15,644 nt of DNA from Polyangiales bacterium. Its GTDB lineage: Bacteria > Myxococcota_A > Polyangia > Polyangiales > Polyangiaceae. A model generated the notes under the pieces. The model ran no database searches and was not told the DNA's origin. It was given only the letters and a program-made list of their open reading frames with translations. The stretch covers positions 1-15,644 of the forward strand of contig JBBRNJ010000131.1 of assembly GCA_038230375.1 (NCBI GenBank), written 5' to 3'. Position numbers and translations under genes: made by a program. Below are positions 1-9,518 of this stretch, piece after piece (positions within the stretch are counted from its first letter, which is position 1; every line of letters begins with the position of its first letter).

Positions 1-1226
<1,226 letters not shown>

Positions 1227-1271
1227 GCGCGTGCTCGTTTCGCAAATATGCCGAAGTACGTGGCCTCGAAA

Positions 1272-1303
1272 GTGTAACCGTTCGAGAGAGCCAATGTCTC
1301 TCG
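1272..1303 (-). promoter_or_regulatory. Candidate dnaK promoter (GAGACA-N18-TACACT) overlapped by a 7-bp inverted repeat CGAGAGA-N7-TCTCTCG
   Basis: Seen in the 113-nt gap between the J-protein gene and dnaK. The -10-like TACACT is a good match and the -35 is weak. The dyad is at 1283-1303. Confidence 0.3.
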
Positions 1304-1339
1304 TTTTCGTTGGTGTGCGGTGTCGCGCTCCGGGGCGCC

Positions 1340-2794
1340 CTACTTAGGTATGCGCTTCAGCATGGCCTGAACCACGGTGTCTCCGGGCGCGATTTGAGCT
1401 GCTCCTTCGAGTTCGCGCCGCGCCAGCGCAGGCTTGCCCGCGGCCAGATAGAGGTTCGCCAGGGTGACCCGATGCTTCAGGATCTGCGGCTGCAGGTTGA
1501 CGGCGGCCTGGGCGTAGACCGCTGCCTCACGGAGGTCACCTTGCGCCTTCCCAAGGGTGAATGCGGCGCGTTCGTTCGCGTTTGGGTCCTCGGGCTTCAG
1601 CTTGGCGACGCGGACCCACGCCTTCGAGGCCTCGGTCCAGCGCTCGTTCTTCTCGTCATATATGGCCTGTTTCTGGTAGCTCTCGGCGAGGATCTTGTTT
1701 GCCTCGGTCTGGGCGTAGCGCGCGCGATCGTGGACCTCGGTGTTGTCGGGCGCGAGGTCCATGGCGACGCGATACGCGTTTGCCGCGGCGACCCAGTCGT
1801 TCTTGGCGATCGCGCCCTCGGCTGCCGACACGTACTTCGCGACCTGCGCGTCCTTCGCGTGGGTCAGACGATCGTCGTAACGACGGCGCAGGGCGTCCAT
1901 TGCCTCCGTGGAGCTCTGCTGGACCTTCGGCTGGAGCTTGACCTCGGCGACCGGCTGGGGCACAAAACTGTTGGCGGTGGTCGGACGCTGGCGGCCGCCC
2001 ATGAGGCGCGCTGCCAGGGCGGCCTTCCGTGCCTGCAGTACGGCAGGGTCGACGCCTGGCGGCGGAGCAGCAGCCGGTGGGGCGGACGGCGCAAGGGGTG
2101 GCGGCATCTCGGAGGGCGCGTTGACGGTCGCCGCGAGCGCGTCCTGCGCCGCACGTGCCTCCTCCATGGCGCGCGCGAGCATGGCTTCCATGCCCTTCGT
2201 GTGCGCGACCTCCTTGAGGTAGATGTCGTATTCGACGCGTTGTTCCTTGTCCAAGAGGGTGTCATGCGCGAGCGTGAGCTTCGCGAACACCGCCTCCATT
2301 TTCGGCTTGAATGTGCCGAGAGCCTTCCGGAAGAACTTGTCCGGGTGCATGGGAAGGGCGACCTCGTAGTAGGCCTTCTTGATGCCCTTCTTGTCCGCGT
2401 CCTTCGCGATGCCAAGGAGCGTGTAGTAGTCGTTGTCCTCGAGCGAGAAGAACAGATCCAGGACCCGCTTCTTTTGCACGGTGTCGAGATCGCACGCCTC
2501 GTCGATCATCGCCGGGTCGTACGCGGCCGACACCACGGCGGCCCGCAGCGGCGCAGGTGCCGGCTTCTTCATGGCCGCGACGGCTTCTTCGACGCTCCCG
2601 AACGTGACGACGTTCAGCTGCACGAGCTTCTCGAACGAATCGATGACCTCCTGCTCCCACACGCCAGTCTCGCGTGCGATGTCCCCGACCGTGGCCTGGC
2701 CGTTCACTCGGGTGAGGAGGTATCCGTCCGTTGGCGTGAGAGGCAGCTTTCGGACGTCCACCCCGGGAATCATGCGGGGGATGCGAGAAGGCAT
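1340..2794 (-). CDS. Class C J-domain (DnaJ-like) co-chaperone with N-terminal wHTH-like segment and C-terminal TPR repeats
   Basis: J-domain DYYTLLGIAKDADKKGIKKAYYEVALPMHPDKFF with intact HPD, followed by ...AHDTLLDKEQRVEYD. A Pro/Ala-rich linker precedes TPR-like helices (AANAYRVAMDLAPDN, AVNLQPQ, ELEGAAQIAPGD). An alternative start is ATG 2773. Confidence 0.88.
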   Translation of the reverse strand: MPSRIPRMIPGVDVRKLPLTPTDGYLLTRVNGQATVGDIARETGVWEQEVIDSFEKLVQLNVVTFGSVEEAVAAMKKPAPAPLRAAVVSAAYDPAMIDEACDLDTVQKKRVLDLFFSLEDNDYYTLLGIAKDADKKGIKKAYYEVALPMHPDKFFRKALGTFKPKMEAVFAKLTLAHDTLLDKEQRVEYDIYLKEVAHTKGMEAMLARAMEEARAAQDALAATVNAPSEMPPPLAPSAPPAAAPPPGVDPAVLQARKAALAARLMGGRQRPTTANSFVPQPVAEVKLQPKVQQSSTEAMDALRRRYDDRLTHAKDAQVAKYVSAAEGAIAKNDWVAAANAYRVAMDLAPDNTEVHDRARYAQTEANKILAESYQKQAIYDEKNERWTEASKAWVRVAKLKPEDPNANERAAFTLGKAQGDLREAAVYAQAAVNLQPQILKHRVTLANLYLAAGKPALARRELEGAAQIAPGDTVVQAMLKRIPK

Positions 2795-2806
2795 CGAGCC
2801 CGGAGC

Positions 2807-3772
2807 TTAGCGCGTTTCTTCCACCGGAAGTCCAGAAACACGAAACGTTTCCGGCGGCAGGGGCCCCTGGCCTGCGCGGGTCCCGGTCTTGGCCCGGAAA
2901 CGGGGATGCATCCACGGCCAGGCCTCTGGCAGCGCGCGAATGCGCCCGCACAGCTCGTCGTTGATGCGAGCGGAAAGGACCTGCTCGGGAGTTGCATTCG
3001 GCCGATCGAGGTCATCCGTCGTCACGGGGGTGACCTTCATCGCGTACGTGAGGGGCCGTCTGTCTGGCGTTCTCGCGCGCACGGCCGTGCACACGACGAT
3101 CGCGGCGCCAGTGCGGAGCGCAATCCTCGCAGGCCCGACCGGCGTCTGCGCAGGGACACCGAAGAAGGGCGCGGACACGCTGGGCACGCGCGACGCCAGG
3201 TCCATCGGAACGCCGAGTACGTCGCCCCGCCGGAGGTGCCGCACCATCCGCATCGCCGCGCCCGCCTGGTCTCGCGCGACGGTGGGCAGCCCTGCACGCA
3301 GGCGTTCGAAGACGAAGTCCAGCCGCGGATCGTACGCGGCCTTCGTCACCGCGAGCAGCGGCACGCCGTGGGCCAGAAGCGAGCGCGCAACGTCCTCGTA
3401 CGGACCAAGGTGCGCCGAGAGCAGCATCACTCCGCGACCCGTTGCTCGCGCCGCCTGGAGCGCGGCCGCGGACTCCGCGGAGTCGAACGGGAGCGGCGCA
3501 GGGCGTGCGTGCGTCGAGAGGCGCGACATCGTGTCGCCCAGGAGTCCGCCAAGGGTCACGTAGGCGAGGCGCGCGAGCGCCCTCCTCTCGGGACGCGACG
3601 CATCGGGGAACGCGCGCGCGAGGTTCTCGTCGGCGATCCGCCGCGGTCCAGGCAATACCGCGTAGGCCAGAAGGCCAATCGCGCGCCCGAGCGCTTCGAG
3701 GACGCGGCGCGGGAGCGGCGTCAGCACGAACACGAGGAGCCTCGTGGCAAGGACGATAAGGGCGTTCTTCAC
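2807..3772 (-). CDS. Lipid A/lysophospholipid acyltransferase, LpxL/HtrB family
   Basis: N-terminal membrane anchor, RRIADENLARAFP, catalytic HxxxxE-type motif SAHLGPYE, GVPMD, APFFG, GPARIALRTGA and C-terminal PEAWPWMHPRF. The GTG start overlaps the upstream stop (GTGA). Confidence 0.88.
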   Translation of the reverse strand: MKNALIVLATRLLVFVLTPLPRRVLEALGRAIGLLAYAVLPGPRRIADENLARAFPDASRPERRALARLAYVTLGGLLGDTMSRLSTHARPAPLPFDSAESAAALQAARATGRGVMLLSAHLGPYEDVARSLLAHGVPLLAVTKAAYDPRLDFVFERLRAGLPTVARDQAGAAMRMVRHLRRGDVLGVPMDLASRVPSVSAPFFGVPAQTPVGPARIALRTGAAIVVCTAVRARTPDRRPLTYAMKVTPVTTDDLDRPNATPEQVLSARINDELCGRIRALPEAWPWMHPRFRAKTGTRAGQGPLPPETFRVSGLPVEETR

Positions 3773-4275
3773 GGCGCGCTTGGGATCGGCGCGTCAGGAT
3801 CCACCGACACGCCATTCGGGCACGCCATGCACTCCGTGCGAACACGCCGACGCGCGGTCTTCAGGGTCTCCTTTGCGCTGCCGCAGTGAGTCTCATCGGG
3901 TGAGACGCTGCAGACGTGGGACGTGGCGCGGTCCATGGACGCGAGCGCCTTGCACGCGAGCATGCAGTCTCCCGTGGTCGCGTCGAGCTCACCACGCGCG
4001 GTCTGCAGCTCGAACCATGCTTCTGTGCGCTGGTCGCGCGGCGGCTCCGTGCCCGGGATCTTTCCAGACGGCGAGGGCTGCGTCGAAGCCGTAGGCGGCG
4101 GCGGCGCGTAGCGTTGATCGGGATGGTTCGGAGCAGCTTGCTGCATGGTGTCGTTCGCTCTGCTTCCAGAGGAGGGTGACTCGGCGGGCGGTGCGCTCTT
4201 CTCCGCGGCGCCACACGCCACCACGAGCGCTGCTGCGAGCGCGACGAACCATACGGGTGTGCGAGCGGGGCTCAT
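3769..4275 (-). CDS. Putative lipoprotein with low-complexity linker and six-Cys helical C-terminal domain
   Basis: Signal peptide ending in the lipobox-like LVVAC, then a Pro/Ser/Gln linker and C-x3-C-x13-C-x8-C-x17-C-x2-C. It has 4-nt start/stop overlaps with both neighbours. Confidence 0.75.
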   Translation of the reverse strand: MSPARTPVWFVALAAALVVACGAAEKSAPPAESPSSGSRANDTMQQAAPNHPDQRYAPPPPTASTQPSPSGKIPGTEPPRDQRTEAWFELQTARGELDATTGDCMLACKALASMDRATSHVCSVSPDETHCGSAKETLKTARRRVRTECMACPNGVSVDPDAPIPSAP

Positions 4276-4868
4276 CGACCGCCCTCGCGACCGCCGTCCC
4301 CGAGCAGACCGGAGAGCACGTGGTTCTGGATGTCGATGGCCTGCTCGAGCTCCGCGAGCGCCTTCTCCTGCGCGCGCTTCGCCTCTTCCGGCTTGCCCGC
4401 GTCGGTGAGTGCGTGCGCGCGTGCCTCGGAAAGGAGGCCGCTGACCTCCACGAGGTGGCCGCGGAAGTACGTGAGCTCCCGAGCGTGCTCCAGGCCGTGA
4501 TCCACGCTGCGCGACGCGGAGTCGAGATCGCCCATGCCGAGCTCGAGCTCTGCACGCCGCGCGAACGCGTCGGACAGCACCTCTTCCACCTCCGGCGTGG
4601 CCGCGCGGGAGAACCGCTGGGACGTGAGGCGTTCCATCGCGTCCACGGCGCCCTTCTTGTCCCCCATGTCTTCCTTGATGGTGGCCTCGTGGTGGAGGGC
4701 GCGTGCGCGGGACAGGTAGGCCATGAGCTCCATGTCGACGGCGTCGTCCGGCGTGGTCATGGAGGGCGCACCTTCGTGCTGCTTCACCTCCTCACACGCA
4801 AGGGCGACGCCAGCGGCCACTGCGAGCGCGGAGAGGACGATGAACACCTTGTTCTTGAGGAGGCTCAT
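4272..4868 (-). CDS. Putative lipoprotein, all-helical TPR-like
   Basis: The real start is likely ATG 4868 (MSLLKNKVFIVLSALAVAAGVALAC), which forms an ATGA overlap with the upstream stop, rather than the ORF-track start at 5027. It has a lipobox-like ALAC and TPR-like helices (AFARRAELELGMGDLDSASRSVDHGL). Confidence 0.75.
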   Translation of the reverse strand: MSLLKNKVFIVLSALAVAAGVALACEEVKQHEGAPSMTTPDDAVDMELMAYLSRARALHHEATIKEDMGDKKGAVDAMERLTSQRFSRAATPEVEEVLSDAFARRAELELGMGDLDSASRSVDHGLEHARELTYFRGHLVEVSGLLSEARAHALTDAGKPEEAKRAQEKALAELEQAIDIQNHVLSGLLGDGGREGGR

Positions 4869-5383
4869 CGCCGCCCCCTGGTTCGGTCCGGAGCGAGCCG
4901 AGAATTGAACCGGTTCTCGCGGAAGTCGTGCTCGCGGGCGAGCGCAATGCGGTCGATCCGTGCGGTGGACTCGCCGCGCTTCCATGGCTCCGAGAAGAGC
5001 GGCGTGGTGCTCCGCGAGCGCGCCCATGCGACGGGTGCTTCGCTCCCAGGGTCCCGACCTGGAGGCGTGGGGCGCAGGTAGAGCAGCAGCCCGGCTGCGA
5101 TCGCCATGGCCGAGACCACACCGAACGTGACGCGGATGACACGGCCACCCTTGGCGCCGCTCTTCGCGGCCGGCAAAGCGCGAGACAGGATCTCCTCGTG
5201 ATCCTTCGACGACAGATCGGAGGGAGTGTGGGCCGCGCGCAGCGATTCAGCGAGCTCAGCGAGCCCGTCGGGGTCCGCGTGCGGTTCGTGCGATTCATGC
5301 GATTCACGGATATTGGCGAGCGCGCGGCGCAGGGCCTCGGCCTTTGCCATCTCGTCGCGATCGTTCTCTTCCTGGTCACTCAT
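4865..5383 (-). CDS. Single-pass membrane protein, putative anti-sigma factor
   Basis: Lies immediately downstream of the ECF sigma gene with an 8-nt overlap. It has a charged helical N-terminus, one hydrophobic segment (VTFGVVSAMAIAAGLLLYL) and a short C-terminal domain. The anti-sigma role is inferred from position and topology. Confidence 0.6.
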   Translation of the reverse strand: MSDQEENDRDEMAKAEALRRALANIRESHESHEPHADPDGLAELAESLRAAHTPSDLSSKDHEEILSRALPAAKSGAKGGRVIRVTFGVVSAMAIAAGLLLYLRPTPPGRDPGSEAPVAWARSRSTTPLFSEPWKRGESTARIDRIALAREHDFRENRFNSRLAPDRTRGRR

Positions 5384-5996
5384 CGGACTCGCCTCCGGAC
5401 TTTACCGCTTTTTTGAGCGCGGCGAGCGCCCTGTGCAGGAGCACGTCGAACGTCGCGGGTGTGACGTCCATCGTCTTTGCGACCTCGTCGCGTGGCTTGT
5501 CCTCGAGCACGCGCAGCCGGATGGCCATGGCGTAGCGCGGGTTGATGCGCGAGAGCGCCTCCTCGACCTTGGCCTGGGCAGCCCGTGCGTCGCGCAGCTG
5601 CGACAGCTTGTCGTCCACAGGCGTCTGGGTGTTCTGCGCGTCCACCTCTCGCTCCAGGTCGTCCGCGTCGAAGAGCACGGTGCGCTTCTTCCGGCGCAGA
5701 TGATCGATCGCCGTGCGGAGCGCGACCGTGCGGATCCATGGATAGAAGCCGACGTTCTGCCACACGAACTTCCCGATGTTGCCAAGGACCTTCTCGTAGA
5801 CCTCTGCCAGCGCATCCTTGGCGGCGGCCTCGGAGCCAAGGCGCGGAAGGAGCACGTTGCGGTAGAGCGCAGGACCGTGCGTGCGAAGCAGCTCTCCAAG
5901 CGCCTGCCGATCGCCGGCCTGAGCCCGCGCGACCAGCTCCCGGTCCTGGGCCGACGCGGCGTCGGTCAGGATCTCGAGGTTCTTTCCGGCGCTCAC
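5376..5996 (-). CDS. ECF-type RNA polymerase sigma-70 factor
   Basis: DRELVARAQAGDRQALGELL, region 2 FYPWIRTVALRTAIDHLRR, and region 4 ALSRINPRYAMAIRLRVLEDKPRDEVAKTMDVTPATFDVLLHRALAALKK. The start is uncertain (GTG 5996 or GTG 6029). The upstream part of the 740-aa ORF-track entry is an antisense shadow of the M16 gene. Confidence 0.9.
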   Translation of the reverse strand: MSAGKNLEILTDAASAQDRELVARAQAGDRQALGELLRTHGPALYRNVLLPRLGSEAAAKDALAEVYEKVLGNIGKFVWQNVGFYPWIRTVALRTAIDHLRRKKRTVLFDADDLEREVDAQNTQTPVDDKLSQLRDARAAQAKVEEALSRINPRYAMAIRLRVLEDKPRDEVAKTMDVTPATFDVLLHRALAALKKAVKSGGESDE

Positions 5997-6116
5997 GCCG
6001 AAAGGAAGTATCGCAATGGCGGCATTCACGGAACGAAGAACGCGCAGGGAGAGCGCCGCCTTACAGTCCGTATGGTCAGTGCCGCCCAAAGGCGCGTTCT
6101 GATAGGGTCTCCCGCC

Positions 6117-7475
6117 ATGCGCATCCGACCGCTGTCGCTGCTTTTCGGGCTGTCCCTCTCTCTCGTCGGCCAGGCAGCTCTCGCCGAGAACGTGAAGATC
6201 CCGTTCACCAAGGCCACGCTCGCGAACGGGATGACCGTCATCCTTCACGAGGACCGTCGGCTCCCCATCGTGGTCGTCAACGTGTCGTACGACGTAGGTG
6301 CCCGCTTCGAGGCACCCAAGAAGACCGGCTTTGCGCACCTCTTCGAGCACCTGATGTTCATGGGTACCCGGCGAGTGCCCACCAAGGCGTTCGACGCCTG
6401 GATGGAGGCCGGCGGCGGCTGGAACAACGCGTGGACCAGCGAGGATCGCACCGACTACTACGACGTCGGGCCCTCGAGCATGGTCGACCTCTTGCTGTGG
6501 CTCGAGGCGGATCGCCTGCGCGATCTCGGTCCACTGATGACGCTCGACAAGCTCAACGCGCAGCGCGAGGTCGTCCGCAACGAGCGACGCCAGTCCAGCG
6601 AGAACACGCCGTACGGCAAGGCAAGCCTCCGCATGCCGGAGCTCGTCTACCCGGAGGGCCACCCGTACCACCACCCGGTGATCGGCTCTCACGAGGACCT
6701 GGAGAACGCGAGCGTGGACGACGTGCGCGGCTTCTTCGATCAGTTCTACGATCCAGGCAACGCGAGCCTCGTCGTCGCCGGCGACTTCGACCCCGAGAAG
6801 GTGATGGCGACGATCAAGCGCAATTTCGAGCCTATTCCGTCGCGAAAGAAGTGGAAGGACCCGGGCGCGCCAGGCTTCTCGGACACGAAGACCACGCTGA
6901 CGTCCGTCGTGCGCGAGACCATCGAGGACGACGTGGAGCTGCCGAAGCTCATGATCGTGTGGCAGTCGCCGAAGCACTTCGCTCCCGGCGACGCGGAGCT
7001 CGACATCGCGGGGAACGTGCTCGCAGGCGGCAAGACCAGCCGTCTCTACAAGGCGCTCGTCTACGATGCGAAGATCGCGCAGTCGGTCTCTGCACACCAG
7101 TCGTCCGGCGCGCTCGGCTCGCGCTTCGAGATCGAGGTGATGGGGAAGCCCGGCGTTCCGTTCGAGAAGCTCGAGGCCGCGGTGGACGCGGAGCTCGCGA
7201 AGATGCGCGCCGCCGACGTGACGGACGAGGAGCTCGCGCGCACGAAGAACGGCATCATGACGGACTTCGTGGGCCGGCTGGAGAGCGTGCGCGAGCGCGC
7301 GTCGCTCCTCAACGCCTACCAGGCCGAGATGAAGGACCCCGGCTACATCGAGGGCGATCTCGCCCGATACGAGACCGCGACCAAGGCGCGGATCAAGGAG
7401 ACAGTGGCGAAGTACCTGGTGCCGAACGAGCGCGTCATCATGCACGTCGTGCCGAAGGCGGGAGCTCCGAAATGA
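6117..7475 (+). CDS. M16-family (pitrilysin/insulinase-like) zinc peptidase, catalytic subunit, secreted
   Basis: ATG 6117 gives signal peptide MRIRPLSLLFGLSLSLVGQAALA, then TLANGMTVIL, GFAHLFEHLMFMG (HxxEH), NAWTSEDRTDYY, REVVRNERR, HPYHHPVIG and FFDQFYDPGNASLVVAGD. Confidence 0.92.
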   Translation: MRIRPLSLLFGLSLSLVGQAALAENVKIPFTKATLANGMTVILHEDRRLPIVVVNVSYDVGARFEAPKKTGFAHLFEHLMFMGTRRVPTKAFDAWMEAGGGWNNAWTSEDRTDYYDVGPSSMVDLLLWLEADRLRDLGPLMTLDKLNAQREVVRNERRQSSENTPYGKASLRMPELVYPEGHPYHHPVIGSHEDLENASVDDVRGFFDQFYDPGNASLVVAGDFDPEKVMATIKRNFEPIPSRKKWKDPGAPGFSDTKTTLTSVVRETIEDDVELPKLMIVWQSPKHFAPGDAELDIAGNVLAGGKTSRLYKALVYDAKIAQSVSAHQSSGALGSRFEIEVMGKPGVPFEKLEAAVDAELAKMRAADVTDEELARTKNGIMTDFVGRLESVRERASLLNAYQAEMKDPGYIEGDLARYETATKARIKETVAKYLVPNERVIMHVVPKAGAPK

Positions 7476-8983
7476 GATCGCTCCTCGCGCTCGCACTCGC
7501 ATCGTGCTTCGTTTCTCTCTCGGTCGTGGCAGGCTGCGCGAAGGAGGCGCCGCCCGCGCTGCCTCCGCCGACGATGGCCCTGCCGACCGCGATTGCACCG
7601 CGCGACGTGGCGCTCTCTGCCAGCGAAGATCCGCTCGGGCCGCGACCGCACGTGGCGCAGAAGCCGCCGTTCAAGCCGGACGCGCCCGCGGTGCTGAAGG
7701 GACCGAACGGCCTCACGATCTGGCTCGTCCAGCGCCACGAGCTCCCGCTCGTTGCCGCAACGCTCGTCATTCCGCGCGGCTCGGTGAACGATCCGGCGGG
7801 GAAGGGCGGCGTCGCCAGCTTCACCGCGAACATGCTCGACGAAGGCGCGGGCGCGCTGTCCGCGCTCGACATCTCGCGCAAGATCGATCTGCTCGGCGCG
7901 GAGCTCTCGACCGGCGCAGCGCAGGACTACAGCTTCGTGTCGCTGCGCACGCTGAAGAAGAACCTGGACCCTGCGTTCGCGATCTTCTCCGATGTGATCG
8001 TGCGGCCCACGTTCTCCGAGGCCGAAGGCAAGCGCGTTCACGAGCTCTGGGACAACGATCTGAAGTCGCGGCAGAGCGATCCGCAGGCGGTGGCTTCGAT
8101 CGTCTGCGCGCGTGAGCTGTTCGGCCCCGAGCACCCGTACGCGCATCCCGTGGACGGCACCATCAAGTCCGCGAAGAAGGTGACGCTTGCGGACGCGCGC
8201 GCGTTCCACGCGTCCATGTACCGACCGGATCAGGCGGTCCTCGTGCTCGTGGGCGACGTGACGGCAGAGGAGGCGCAGGCCCTCGCGGGTCGCTTTGCGA
8301 AGTGGGTCGCACCGAAGGCAGCAGCAGCGCCTGTCGTTGCGCCGCCTGCGGTCGCTGCGAAAGCGAGGATCGTGCTCGTTGACAGGCCAGACGCACCACA
8401 GTCGGTGATCAGCGTCGTGAAGCTTGGCGTCGAGATGAGCTCGGCGGACTTTCCGCCGCTCGGCCGCGTGAACTCCGCGCTCGGCGGCAGCTTCACGTCG
8501 CGCTTGAACCAGGACCTGCGCGAGGACCACGGGTGGACGTATGGCGCGAAGTCGCGCTTCTCCTTCACGCGCGGCACAGGCATGTTCGTGGCATCGGCCG
8601 CTGTCATCACCGCGAAGACGCCAGAGGCGCTGAAGGCGCTCGTCACCGACACGGACACGTACGCGGCAGAGGGGCCCACCCGCGACGAGGCAGAGAAGAC
8701 GCGGCTCCTTCTCCGCGCAGAGCTCGTGGAGAGCTACGAGGGCGTGCAAGGGATCGCGCAGCGCCTCGGGCGGCAGGCGGCGCTGGGCCTCGCAGCGGAC
8801 TTCGACGAGAAGGCGAGCGTGGCGCGCGACGCCGCGAATCGTGACGAGCTCGGAGCTCTGGCCAAGAAGTACCTGGGCGGCGCAAGCCTGATAGTCATCG
8901 TGGGTCCCAAGGCCAAGATAGAGGCCGGTCTCGCCGCGAAGGGTTTCGGCGGCTTCGAGGTGGTCGCGGCGGAGGAGCCGTGA
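7472..8983 (+). CDS. M16-family peptidase, non-catalytic (HxxEH-lacking) subunit, putative lipoprotein
   Basis: ATG 7472 forms an ATGA overlap. It has a lipobox-like VAGC, PNGLTIWLV, GVASFTANMLDEG in place of HxxEH, HPYAHPVDG, YRPDQAVLVLVGD and SRLNQDLREDHGWTYGA (the R/Y motif). Confidence 0.88.
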   Translation: MRSLLALALASCFVSLSVVAGCAKEAPPALPPPTMALPTAIAPRDVALSASEDPLGPRPHVAQKPPFKPDAPAVLKGPNGLTIWLVQRHELPLVAATLVIPRGSVNDPAGKGGVASFTANMLDEGAGALSALDISRKIDLLGAELSTGAAQDYSFVSLRTLKKNLDPAFAIFSDVIVRPTFSEAEGKRVHELWDNDLKSRQSDPQAVASIVCARELFGPEHPYAHPVDGTIKSAKKVTLADARAFHASMYRPDQAVLVLVGDVTAEEAQALAGRFAKWVAPKAAAAPVVAPPAVAAKARIVLVDRPDAPQSVISVVKLGVEMSSADFPPLGRVNSALGGSFTSRLNQDLREDHGWTYGAKSRFSFTRGTGMFVASAAVITAKTPEALKALVTDTDTYAAEGPTRDEAEKTRLLLRAELVESYEGVQGIAQRLGRQAALGLAADFDEKASVARDAANRDELGALAKKYLGGASLIVIVGPKAKIEAGLAAKGFGGFEVVAAEEP

Positions 8984-9456
8984 GCGCGAACGGAAAGAGC
9001 CGCACGACCTGGCACGGCCAGCCCGTGGAGCTCGGGAAGGGCGCCGAGGAGAACGGCTTCGCGAACATGCTGCTCGCGATGCTCAGTCAGAACTTCGAGG
9101 CCAAGCCGCACAAGCTGGCGGACCTCCGCGCAATGCACGGGACCGTCGCCCTGGTCGCTGACGATGCAGGCGTCGCCGTCACGCTCCGGTTCATGCGCGG
9201 GGTCGTCGTCATCGAGAGCGGCGTGCGAGGCGTCCCCGACGTCTGCGTTCGCGGAACCACGGATGCCGTGATGAGCATGTCCAACATGCCCCTCACGTTC
9301 GGCCTCCCGTTCCCGGACCCACGCGATGGCGCGGCGAAGGCCGCCTACGACGGGATCAACCGCGCCATGAAGAACGGAGAGATCCACATCTTCGGAATGC
9401 TGCGGCATTTCTTCTTCATGCAGCGCTTCACCCGCATCATGAGCGTCAACGGGTGA
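8980..9456 (+). CDS. SCP2 (sterol carrier protein 2)-like lipid-binding domain protein
   Basis: GTGA overlap with the upstream stop. The pattern VTLRFMRGVVVIESG...PDVCVRGT...AMKNGEIHIFG resembles the SCP2 fold (PDxxIxxx ... AxxxGxIxIxG). Confidence 0.55.
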   Translation: MSANGKSRTTWHGQPVELGKGAEENGFANMLLAMLSQNFEAKPHKLADLRAMHGTVALVADDAGVAVTLRFMRGVVVIESGVRGVPDVCVRGTTDAVMSMSNMPLTFGLPFPDPRDGAAKAAYDGINRAMKNGEIHIFGMLRHFFFMQRFTRIMSVNG

Positions 9457-9518
9457 GGCCAGCCGAACGCGGAGCACAAAGAAAAGCGCGGGGGGCCGCA
9501 TTTACCCGCACGAAGTGC

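Noticed and set aside
1227..1339. CIRCE (HrcA) operator or ECF-type promoter upstream of dnaK
   Set aside because: There is no TTAGCACTC-N9-GAGTGCTAA. A GAAC...CGTA pair is present, but its 19-nt spacing is too long.
2804..2851. MerR/CueR-like promoter (TGGACT-N19-TAAGCT with a CTTCC-N3-GGAAG dyad) and a GAAACGTTTC palindrome before the J-protein gene
   Set aside because: The dyad spacing (3 nt) does not match the N7 CueR box, it lies inside coding sequence, and no MerR gene is in the window.
1310..3889. 859-aa plus-strand ORF
   Set aside because: Antisense shadow of the J-protein and acyltransferase genes; Arg/Gly-rich with no recognisable motifs, as expected in high-GC DNA.
3810..3970. 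CxxC motif in the lipoprotein as a c-type heme site
   Set aside because: It reads CMACP, not CxxCH.
5226..8983. ORF-track long versions 5226..7475, 5376..7598 and 5585..8983 suggesting sigma-peptidase fusions or overlapping genes
   Set aside because: These are stop-poor upstream extensions. Signal peptides at 6117 and 7472 and the sigma domain boundary define the shorter real genes.
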